From NCBI RefSeq assembly GCF_001194135.2, contig NC_069003.1, positions 18,348,040 to 18,380,543 of the forward strand: a stretch of DNA of 32,504 nucleotides, in the 5' to 3' direction. The position numbers and the translations under genes are program-made. Shown piece after piece: positions 1 to 9,947 of this stretch (positions are counted from its first letter, which is position 1; each line of letters opens with the position of its first letter). This DNA comes from Octopus bimaculoides (Eukaryota). The notes under the pieces were generated by a model that had not been told where the DNA came from, searched no databases, and worked only from the letters and a program-made list of their open reading frames with translations.

Positions 1-265
1 ACATCTCGACTATGCTGCTGTTTCACAGACAGCTGAGGAGTACATTTTCATTGTATTTTCTGTAGTGTTCCCACTACATGAATAAATGGAGCTTGTACAA
101 AACGTACGTACTGCTATAACCTATTGAATTTTTGTTGCTTAACTTCAAATTTTATTCACTAAATCAAATCTCTTGATTTTGTTTTTGGTTTTTATCCTAC
201 CAAATTCTGGTGCCTCAAGCATTTTAAGTACCACATTTAATCTTTTGATTAAATCTATATTATTA

Positions 266-641
266 TGTGTGTATGTATGTATATGTACATGTATATATAT
301 ATGTATATATGTATGTATGTGTGTATGTGTGTTGCATGGTGGTTTGTATGTGTATATGCATATTTGTTTTTTTTGTGTGTGTATATGTATATATAATTTT
401 ATAATATATATTTAAACAAATTTTTATATATTTTTATATATATATATATGTATGTGGATGTATGTGTGTGCGTGTGTATGTGTGTGTGTGTGTGTGTTTG
501 TATGTGCGTGTGTATGTATGTATTTATGACATGTGAATTTTGCTTGTTTGCGTATGCATGCATATGCATGGGAGCGTGCGCGTGCGCGCGCATGAACGTG
601 TGTGTGTGTGTGTGTACGGGCGCACACGCGGATGCGTGCAC
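266..641. repeat. Compound (TG)n/(TA)n/(TATG)n/(CG/TG) microsatellite block
   Basis: Alternating purine-pyrimidine runs read directly, including gcgtgcgcgtgcgcgcgc near 575-591. Confidence 0.95.
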
Positions 642-766
642 GTCAGTAATAGCGTTTTTGTTTTTGCAAAAATTTAAGAAATTTTGTTCAGTTTTTGTAA
701 ATGTGAAATTTTTTCGCCATGAACGGTTTGTATTTTTAAACCGAATGTAGTTTTTCTGGTTTTATA

Positions 767-841
767 TTCCTGAAGATGTGTAAAGAAATTTTGTTTTATT
801 AAGTCTCTTAATGAATTCTTTATACTGAAATATATATTGAA
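767..841 (+). ncRNA. Candidate type I hammerhead ribozyme motif (weak stem I)
   Basis: Core CTGAAGA 770-776. Stem II gtgtaaagaa 778-787 / ttctttatac 816-825, then GAAA 827-830. Palindromic stem III ATATATAT 830-837, H17=T838. Stem I only ttc 767-769 / gaa 839-841. Confidence 0.4.
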
Positions 842-1165
842 GAAGATAAATATGTTCATTTGAATATATACGTTTTTGCGTCGTAACTCCTTTATTATTA
901 TACATATNNNNNNNNNNNNNNNNNNNNNNNNNNNNNNNNNNNNNNNNNNNNNNNNNNNNNNNNNNNNNNNNNNNNNNNNNNNNNNNNNNNNNNNNNNNNN
1001 NNNNNNNNNNNNNNNNNNNNNNNNNNNNNNNNNNNNNNNNNNNNNNNNNNNNNNNNNNNNNNNNNNNNNNNNNNNNNNNNNNNNNNNNNNNNNNNNNNNN
1101 NNNNNNNNNNNNNNNNNNNNNNNNNNNNNNNNNNNNNNNNNNNNNNNNNNNNNNNNNNNNNNNNN

Positions 1166-1213
<48 letters not shown>

Positions 1214-1435
1214 TGTGTGTGTGTATATATGTGTGCGTATATATGTGATGATGATATATATATTTGTATATATATATATCTATGTATGTATATGTATATA
1301 AATGTGTATATATATATGTATACATATGTATATATATATGTGTATATATATATGTATATATATGTATATCTATATATATATGTATATATATGTGTGTGTG
1401 TGTGATTATGTGTGTATGTCTACCATATATCTATG

Positions 1436-1476
<41 letters not shown>
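1166..1476. repeat. Compound (TA)n/(TATG)n/(CA)n microsatellite
   Basis: Direct reading. Confidence 0.95.
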
Positions 1477-2153
1477 CAGTGGTGTGCGGTGACTTCTGAG
1501 GTTGGTCATGCAGTAAATACTTGGCACATATGGCAGAGATGTAACCCCCATTGCTGTTTAAAAAAATTTTATACGGAAACCCATGTTTTTGGCTATGGAG
1601 ATTCCAATTCTGAAAAAAGATTGTTTGCAAAATTTCAGTTTTTCAAAAAAAAAAAAAAAATTACGGCAAACCCCTCCCCTCCTGATTCTATGGCCTTCAA
1701 GTAGGCTATCTATATGCTAGAAATAACAGCCAAATTTCATGGGAATTTGTTGGGCATAAAAGACTGCGATAAAATAATGAAAGACATATGTCTACTCACA
1801 TTTCTGCAAAGTGTCTTTTACTATAGCCTAGAGCCAACCAAAGCTGTGAGTGCATTTGATAGAGAGAAACTGAAAGAAGCCCATCACACAGAGTCATCTA
1901 AGAGACCATAAGTCATGGAAAAGATGCACTCATATATCTGTCAGTAGAGTGGGTATATTATCAAAAATGTATGGTATCCATCATGGCTGGTCTTACTAAT
2001 CAGTTTCATGTAAAGTATACAATGGAGTGTTAGGTAACAAACCGATTATATCACTTTACGCTCATCAGAGTTAGCTGATATGGAAGGGGATATGGTGACC
2101 CCTTCCATATTGGCTAACTAAGACCAGCCATGATGGATAATATATATATATAT

Positions 2154-2559
2154 CAGGGACGTGCCACCTGCATAGGCAAGGTAGGCAGTGCCTATCCTGA
2201 ATAAAATAGGTTGATAGTAGCATTTTCCTTTTATGGCAAAATATGCACCAAATTCAATAAAATTATGAAGGTTACCCTGATTACCCTGCATAAAATACAA
2301 AATATTTTATTTTTTATAGAATCAGGTAGGCCTAATTTACCCCTGCATTTCAATCTCAGTATTAAAGCTACACATAGTATTACTGTAGTACACATGCTGT
2401 GTACACTCCTACAACGTTTTCTTTACGTACTATAAAGGCAGAAGTAAATCTACCTCCAACTCATTTGTGTGTCTGTGTTTTGCTTTTTTTTTTTTTGTGT
2501 TTTACCACATAAACGTCACCAACTGCCTACCCTGAGTAATTACTGACAGCACATGCCTG
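2154..2559. mobile_element. Probable hAT-like MITE inserted in a (TA)n tract
   Basis: Imperfect TIRs: left CAGGGACGTGC...CAAGGTAGGCAGT; right (reverse complement) CAGGCATGTGC...CAGGGTAGGCAGT. The 8-nt flanks atatatat / atatatta match 6/8. Confidence 0.45.
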
Positions 2560-2589
2560 ATATATTATATATATATGTATATGTGTGTG

Positions 2590-2761
2590 TGTGTCTTTGT
2601 GTCTGTGTTTGACAACCCACTTCCCACTGCTCGACAACTGTTGTTGGTGTGTTTATGTGCCTGTAACTTAAGTACTGGGGTTGATTCATTTGACTAAAAA
2701 TTCTTCCAAGCAGTACCCCAGCAAGGACACAGTCTAATGACTGAAACAAGGAAAAGATAAA

Positions 2762-2764
<3 letters not shown>
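2590..2764 (+). mobile_element. 3' portion of tRNA-derived SINE (same family as 19574-19950), internally deleted
   Basis: ccactgctcgacaactgttgttggtgtgtttatgt...ccccagcaaggacacagt...aaaagataaaagata aligns by eye with 19760-19950. Confidence 0.65.
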
Positions 2765-2804
<40 letters not shown>

Positions 2805-3160
2805 NNNNNNNNNNNNNNNNNNNNNNNNNNNNNNNNNNNNNNNNNNNNNNNNNNNNNNNNNNNNNNNNNNNNNNNNNNNNNNNNNNNNNNNNNNNNNNNN
2901 NNNNNNNNNNNNNNNNNNNNNNNNNNNNNNNNNNNNNNNNNNNNNNNNNNNNNNNNNNNNNNNNNNNNNNNNNNNNNNNNNNNNNNNNNNNNNNNNNNNN
3001 NNNNNNNNNNNNNNNNNNNNNNNNNNNNNNNNNNNNNNNNNNNNNNNNNNNNNNNNNNNNNNNNNNNNNNNNNNNNNNNNNNNNNNNNNNNNNNNNNNNN
3101 NNNNNNNNNNNNNNNNNNNNNNNNNNNNNNNNNNNNNNNNNNNNNNNNNNNNNNNNNNNN

Positions 3161-3267
3161 AGCCCCAGGAGGTCATCTCCTGGGGCTAAAGCAACAGTAA
3201 CATCCACCCCTAGGGGTCAGCCACACTTAAGTGGCAATACACTTCACTTTATCGTGCAGTTACTGTT
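3161..3267. repeat. Multi-hairpin segment, probable end of an unidentified repeat
   Basis: 11-bp stem 3161-3171/3177-3187; palindrome ACCCCTAGGGGT 3206-3217; gccac/gtggc 3220-3235; outer stem aacagtaac 3193-3201 / gttactgtt 3259-3267. Confidence 0.5.
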
Positions 3268-3326
3268 AATACTTCATTTAGAGAATTAACATTGCTTATA
3301 TATATATATATATATATACATATATA

Positions 3327-3813
3327 ATAAGATATCAGTATTATCAAAAAATAATAACAATAATAAAGTAGCTGGCAAGCTTAACAATATAGGTAAATAT
3401 GCATAAAAATTTAGGGTATAAAAAATATATATACCAGCTATGTGAGAAAGAAGAGTCTCTCTATAAACAAAACACATGGTTAATGCAGTGAATATAAGAA
3501 AAAATAGCCCTTATCTTTGCAAAGACACAAAGAAAAGTACAGTCATCTCAGTATCAATTGATTTCACCTTTTGTGTCAAATGCTTAGGGTCATCAGCTGA
3601 GCTTACTGTATATAACTATTTTTTCAAAATATATACACTACACTGTGCGTGTCTGTTCGTTTGACTGCCATCATAACATTCAAAAATTAACAATAGTGAG
3701 TAAGTAAAATTTAGAAAATAAGATATCATTATTATTAAAAATAATAATAAAGGGGTCAACATGCTTAACCAATATAGGTAAATATACATAAAAATTTAGG
3801 GTATAAAAAATAT
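3327..3813 (+). repeat. About 100-bp dispersed direct repeat (3327-3428 and 3718-3813)
   Basis: Both copies read ataagatatca.tattat.aaaaataata...aatataggtaaatat.cataaaaatttagggtataaaaaatat. Confidence 0.85.
3547..3601 (-). ncRNA. Type I hammerhead ribozyme motif, Penelope-associated type
   Basis: Minus strand reads ctcag-CTGATGA-ccctaagcatttgacacaaaaggt-GAA-ATCAATTGAT-A-ctgag. This gives a perfect 5-bp stem I, an intact core, a 10-nt palindromic stem III and an AUA cleavage triplet. Confidence 0.65.
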
Positions 3814-4214
3814 GTGGCTTTGGAGAGTTGACACTTTTTTATAACATAGCTGGTAAATATTTTTGGTATCTGATTTAATAAATGTGTGGTATCTGATTTA
3901 ATAGATAAATTTTGATTTCTTTCTTTTAAATACATAATTCTGTCATTTCAAGCATTTGTTAAATGGCAAACGCAATTTTCCCTTTTTGATGAAAACTCTT
4001 TTCTGTGAACACTTTGCTCAGAATGTCAGTGAATCACCAGACAGTGTTTCAACCTGATTTTGTCTCTTTGGTGATGAATACTCTGGTTGTTTGAGTTAAA
4101 CATAAGGCTCACAGATAATGCCATTCCGCAATTGTACACACATTGTAAATGTTATACATACACCAGTCTTTTAATTCAAAACTGCATATACTAATTCAAC
4201 CAAGTTTCCTTTGA

Positions 4215-5015
4215 GTCACAACCTGCTTGCTACTTCTGCTTCATGCTATTGCTTGATAGGGCTGGAGTCATCTCATGTTAGTGGTCCCTGAGTTGTCATC
4301 ATGCACTGAGCTGACCAGGTCCACCAGTGCTTCCCATCATTAGCAGTCATGTGCATCCTCTAAGATGACATTGATCCTCTGGAGATCTTCCTTAATCACA
4401 TCCAGCTGGTAGGAGGCAGAGGACATGTCTGTATCAGTGCATGCAGCGGATGACTATGAGGCAGGAGGCTCAGATTGATGCATGTGCACATGCACTTCTT
4501 TGTTGGAAATGTGATTGTACCATCTGATGTTCTTGATGGTTCTCAGGGCTCTGCTATCAAAGTCATTAATCCTCTTTGTCAAGGTCTTCAAGAGGAGCCA
4601 TGTTTCTGCTCCATAGAGGAGAATGAAGTGGACTGATGCATTGTAGATGCAGAGCTTCATCTTCTGGGAAATAGAGCAGTGGTACCAGAGGGACTTCCAT
4701 AGGGAGTACATGATCTTGGTAACCAGACCACATCTGTGGTTGATCTCTGGTGTCAGGTCTCCATTGTCGGTGACTATGGAGCCCAGGTAGATGAAGGAGC
4801 TGACAAACTCCATAATGTCAGGGCCAATATGGAGATGAGGAGGGTCTGGGCCATCACCAATATGCATCAGCTGGGTCTTCACTCAACTTACCTGATGGCC
4901 AAGCTTTGCTGATTCTTTTCTGTATATGGTCAGTGCATCCCTGAACTGGTTGACTGAGTTGCTGAATAGGATGATATTGTGTGCATACTCTAGATTGGTA
5001 AGGTGGTTCCCAAAC
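4215..5015 (-). mobile_element. 5'-truncated, decayed RTE-clade LINE (RT C-terminal half; lineage without PHD insert)
   Basis: LTNLEYAHNIILF (degenerate YADD) near 4970-5000. ORF 4454-4882 has FIYLGSIVT, KMKLCIYNASV, LLYGAETW and RALRTIKNIRW. Downstream is DVIKEDLQRINVILEDA. Confidence 0.88.
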
Positions 5016-5137
5016 ATCTTTAAGAAAAATTATATTTTAAAATACATACTTACATATACAGAACAACACATGCTGCTATATGAATATATTTCATAACAAG
5101 TGGTCCTTTACTTTTTAATTGTTCAATATTAAATCAA

Positions 5138-5353
5138 AGGAAGGGAGTAAACTGGCAAATTTGTTAGCACACTAGGCAAAATGCCTAGCAACATTTCATC
5201 CATCTTTATGTTCTGAGTTCAAATTCCACCAAAGTTGACTTTACTTTTCATCTTTTCAGGATCGATAAAATAAGTACCAGTCAAGCACTGGGATCGATAT
5301 ATTCGGCTTAGCCCCTCGCCCAAAATTGCTGGCCTCGTGCCAAAATTTGAAAC
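5138..5353 (+). mobile_element. tRNA-derived SINE (family with ...tttcatc.tttc.ggg.cgataaaataagtaccag core) with 14-bp TSD
   Basis: A-box-like ctggcaaatttgttag and B-box gagttcaaattcc. Perfect direct repeat CAATATTAAATCAA at 5124-5137 and 5354-5367. Confidence 0.82.
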
Positions 5354-5519
5354 CAATATTAAATCAATGAGAGAACTGCTACATGGTTGCTTGACATGCT
5401 AGATATAGCAACCAAATCTCATTCAAATCACAAACTACATATGCATCTGTACATTTACAAGGGAAAGGTTAGAAGATGACTGTTTGATGTATGCAAGGAA
5501 GCTGTAACTTCGAAGAAGT

Positions 5520-8500
5520 ATGTGGGCATACTTCTTGCTGAGAAATGGGTGGATAAGGTCATAGAGGTAGTCAGAGTCTGTGATAGAGTACTTAAGCTCA
5601 GGCTAGTCTTGCAGAATAGTATAGCAATAATTATATCTGCTTACTCCCCACAAGTGGGTATGCCAAATGAACAGAAGGACCACTTTTATGATATTCTTCT
5701 GCAGGCTACCTCAAAGACAAGTGATAATGATCTCATCTTCATGGCTGGGGATTTCAATGGGCATGTTGGACAGCAGCCTGGTATCTTCCATGGTGTTCAT
5801 GGAGTGGGGGCCTGGAATTAGTTCCTGAAATGAAGAGGGAACAAGGCTACTGAAGTTCTGTGATGCATATAACCTATGGATCTGCAACACCAACTTCAGG
5901 AAGCCAGCTGGCCACCTGATAACCTGCCAGTCAGGTGACTCTGCTAGCCAGATCAATTTCATTCTCACCAGACAGTAGGATGCATGGTTGCTCTTGAATA
6001 CAAAGACCCTCCCTGGTGAAGAATGTATCCCCACCCAGCATAGACTAGTCATTAATGACTTTAGACTCCAGGCCAGAAAGATGCCAAGAAGCAGAACAAT
6101 CTGGAAAAGAAGGATTTGGTAGCTTAAGGACCCTTCATATGGTCAGAGATTTAGGGATAACTTAATTGAGAAATTTGATGAGAGAGAGGAGCTACAAACT
6201 TGTGATATAGAGGGCAACTGGAAATTTTTGTGAGACAGCTGAGTGCCACAGACCAAATCTATAGTTGGGGCAATGTCCCTTCCAGACCTAGGGTAATGTG
6301 GTGATGGAACAATACTCTAGACAGGGCCATTAGAGCAAAGAAACATGCCTGGAAGAGTGGGGCAGCAGAGAACTGTATTAGATAGTCAGAAGGGAAGCTA
6401 GGAGACAGGTATATCTTGCCAAAGAAGAAGCAGAAAAGAAGTTTGCCTATGTTCAGTGTTGTGAGGACCAAAGAACCGAAGTATTTCGGATTGGAAGACA
6501 GTGTATGAGAGAAAATTGTGATGTCATAGGAGAGAAATGTGTCTGCATGGATGGTGGTGCACTTGCGTTTAATGAGTCTGCAAAGAAAGAGGCTTGGAAA
6601 TGCCATTATGAAAGTCTGCTGAATGTGGAGAATGAATGGGAAGAGGAGAGTCTGCTTAGTGTTAACCCAATTGAGGGACCAGCTACCTGAATCGACAGCA
6701 CCCTGGTAGATAAAGCAATTAAGGATTTGAAGACAGGGAAAGCTCTCAGCCCATCAGGAATCACTGCTGAGATGCTTAAAATATCTGGTGGTGTGATTTA
6801 TGGTCTAGTCACTTGTATTGGAAATCAGATGGTTTGTGAAGGAGTCATACCCAATGACTGATGTAACAGCACCGTAGTCATCTGCTACAAAGATAAAGGT
6901 GATGCATTAGATAGAAATAATTACAGAGGTATCAAATTGTTGGATCAGGTGATGACAGTTGCAGAGAGAGTCATAGCTCAACTAATTAGGGAGATAGTTA
7001 GAGTAGATGTGATGCAGTTTGGTTTTGTGCCAGGTAGAAGCACCACTGATGCTATATTTCTGGTGAGGCAACTGCAGGAGAAATGCATAGCAAAAGATAA
7101 ACCTCTGCACTTGACTTTTGTTGACTTGGAGAAATCTTTTGACAGAATCCCCTGATCCATTATCTGGTGGTCAATGCAGAAACTAGGGATAGACAAGTGG
7201 TTGGTGAGAGCTGTACAAGCCTTGAACAGGGCTGTTACCAGTAAGTTGAGGGTGGGCTACGAGTACATTGAAGAATTCAGGGTACAAGTAGGGTTCACAA
7301 AGGGTCGGTGCTCAGTCCCCTCTTGTTCCTCATAGTCCTCCTGTCAATAACTGAGGAATTCAAGACAGGTAGCCCCAGGGAGCTCCTCTATGCTGATGAC
7401 CTTGCTCTTATAGCTGAATCACTACCTGAACTAGAGAAGAGGTCCCAGAGATGGAAGCAAGGTCTAGAATCAAAGGGTCTTAGAGTTAACCTTGCAAAAA
7501 CCAAACTCATAATAAGTAGGAAAGCAGCCAAATCACAAATCCCTTCAGGTAGATGGTCCTGCTCAATCTGTAGAAAAGGTGTAGGTAGAAATTTCATAAG
7601 ATGCGCCCAGTGTAAGCTTTGGACACATAAGAGGTGCAGCAAAATCAGAGGAATTTTAACAGGGAAACTAACTTTTGTATGTGGAAAATGCACAGGTACA
7701 ATAAACGCTGAAAATGTGCAGAAAATAGGCTCAATCAACTGCCAGTGGGGTAAGCTAAAGGTAGTAGATAGCTTCCGTTATCTAGGTGACCAAGTTATTA
7801 GTGGAGGTAGATGCTCCGAGAGCATAGCTGTGAGAATAAGATTAAGCTGGGCAAAGTTCAGAGAGCTCTTACCCTAGATGGCAACAAAGGGCTTCTCTCT
7901 CAGAGTGAAAGGCAGATGGTATGATGCCTGTGTGCGAACAGCTATGCTGCATGGCAGTGAAACATGGACTATGACAGCTGACGCTATGCGTAGGCCTGAG
8001 AGAAATGAAGCCAGTTTGCTTCGCTGGATATGCAATGTCAGTGTGCATGTTCAACAGAGTGTAACCATCTTGAGAGAAAAGTTAGGTGTAAGAAGAATCA
8101 AATGTGGTGTGCAAGAGAGACGACTATGTTGGTATGGTCATGTGATGTGTATGGATAAGGACAGATGTGTAAAGAAGTGCTGATCTCTAACTGTAGAGGG
8201 AAGACAGGATGAGGTGGTGAAGCATGATCTTCGAACTTTGAGCCTCACAGAGGCAATGACTGGTGACCAAGGCTTTTTGTGATGTGTTGTGCTTGAGAGG
8301 ACCTGTCAAGCCAAGTGCACCCATACTGGTGACACGTAGAGAACATCTTTTAAAAGTTCCTTTTGAGCATTGAGCCTCATGGAGGCAAAGTGGCTGAATT
8401 CCATTCAAGTGGTGGGCCTCACAGAGGTGAGGTGTTGGAATTCCTTTCGAGTGTTGGGGCTCATGGAGGCAATGACCAAGACCTTTGGCATTATGTTGTG

Positions 8501-8792
8501 CTTGAGAAGAAGATCCATCAAGCTGAGCAAAATTGCAGTTGTGGCAGATACCAGCATCACACAAATTGGCACCCATGCCAGTGGCACATAAATACACCCT
8601 GATGTCACACAAAGGCATGTAAAAGCTCCCATTACACTCTCAGAGTGGTTGGCATTATGAAGGGCATTCAGCTGCAGAAAACCATGTCAAATCAGACTGG
8701 AGTCTGGTGCAGCTTTCCACCGTGCAAGCCCAGTCAAACTGTCCAATCCATGCCAGCATGGACAACAGACGTTAAATGATGATGATGATGAT
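5520..8792 (+). mobile_element. RTE-clade LINE copy 1 (APE-RT-PHD insert), 5'-truncated, with stops and frameshifts
   Basis: APE motifs (ISAYSPQ, MAGDFNGHVG) and RT motifs (QFGFVPGRST, FVDLEKSFDRIP, LSPLLF, LYADD at 7386-7400). C4HC3 finger at 7560-7691. 3' UTR ends in acgttaaa(tga)n. Confidence 0.96.
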
Positions 8793-9499
8793 ACTATATA
8801 TGTGTGTGTGTATATATATATATATATNNNNNNNNNNNNNNNNNNNNNNNNNNNNNNNNNNNNNNNNNNNNNNNNNNNNNNNNNNNNNNNNNNNNNNNNN
8901 NNNNNNNNNNNNNNNNNNNNNNNNNNNNNNNNNNNNNNNNNNNNNNNNNNNNNNNNNNNNNNNNNNNNNNNNNNNNNNNNNNNNNNNNNNNNNNNNNNNN
9001 NNNNNNNNNNNNNNNNNNNNNNNNNNNNNNNNNNNNNNNNNNNNNNNNNNNNNNNNNNNNNNNNNNNNNNNNNNNNNNNNNNNNNNNNNNNNNNNNNNNN
9101 NNNNNNNNNNNNNNNNNNNNNNNNNNNNNNNNNNNNNNNNNNNNNNNNNNNNNNNNNNNNNNNNNNNNNNNNNNNNNNNNNNNNNNNNNNNNNNNNNNNN
9201 NNNNNNNNNNNNNNNNNNNNNNNNNNNNNNNNNNNNNNNNNNNNNNNNNNNNNNNNNNNNNNNNNNNNNNNNNNNNNNNNNNNNNNNNNNNNNNNNNNNN
9301 NNNNNNNNNNNNNNNNNNNNNNNNNNNNNNNNNNNNNNNNNNNNNNNNNNNNNNNNNNNNNNNNNNNNNNNNNNNNNNNNNNNNNNNNNNNNNNNNNNNN
9401 NNNNNNNNNNNNNNNNNNNNNNNNNNNNNNNNNNNNNNNNNNNNNNNNNNNNNNNNNNNNNNNNNNNNNNNNNNNNNNNNNNNNNNNNNNNNNNNNNNN

Positions 9500-9544
<45 letters not shown>

Positions 9545-9559
9545 TATACCACACACATA

Positions 9560-9947
9560 TCCGTTTTAACATCTACTTTTCCATACTACAACTATCTGCT
9601 CCTCCCGTGCCCAACCTTCACATTTCCAAGCACAGTAATATTTCTCCGTGACAAAAACATGTTTCCACAGAATATTTGAAACGAACAACACTGCTTATAT
9701 GACAGTGATACTCATTTACAGCTATCATGCAATGTCAAAACAAGGAGATACAAACGCAGACACACACACATATATGCACACAGCAGGCTTGTTTGTAGTC
9801 TCTGTCAACGAAATCCGGCCACAAGGCTTTGGTTGGCTCAACTATAATAGAAGACACTTGAATAAAGTGCCACACAGTGGGACTGAACTGAAAACCATGT
9901 GTTTGAGAAGCAAACTTCTTCATTAACTACAAAACCACGCCTGTCTC
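9560..9947 (-). mobile_element. tRNA-derived SINE with RTE-like 3' tail
   Basis: Head agttcagtcccactgtgtggcacttt..caagtgtcttcta matches the 12999 SINE. The 3' end (gaaggttgg...gga..gcag...ggaaaagtagatgttaaa) resembles the RTE tail at 8645-8780. Confidence 0.65.

Noticed and set aside
173-1499. ORFs rich in YI/CV/HT dipeptides (also near 10-10.5 kb, 13.9-14.3 kb, 15.2-15.9 kb and 21.1-21.4 kb)
   Set aside because: These are translations of microsatellites with no splice or domain support.
1477-1700. CAGTGGTGTGC start after (TA)n, resembling a hAT terminus
   Set aside because: No matching right-hand TIR was found.
2040-2075. Minus-strand CTGATGAGCGTAAAGTGATA as a hammerhead
   Set aside because: GAAA is replaced by GATA and there is no convincing stem I or III.
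7393-7399. CTGATGA match (also near 28704-28710 on the minus strand)
   Set aside because: It is the YADD-coding sequence of the RT and has no hammerhead stems.
5711-7738. Antisense ORFs overlapping RTE copy 1 (and + strand ORFs within copy 3)
   Set aside because: These are shadow frames of the LINE coding sequence.
8687-9679. Long X-filled ORFs (also at 0.8-1.3, 2.7-3.2, 23.1-23.8 and 30.8-31.7 kb)
   Set aside because: They span N-gaps and are artefacts.
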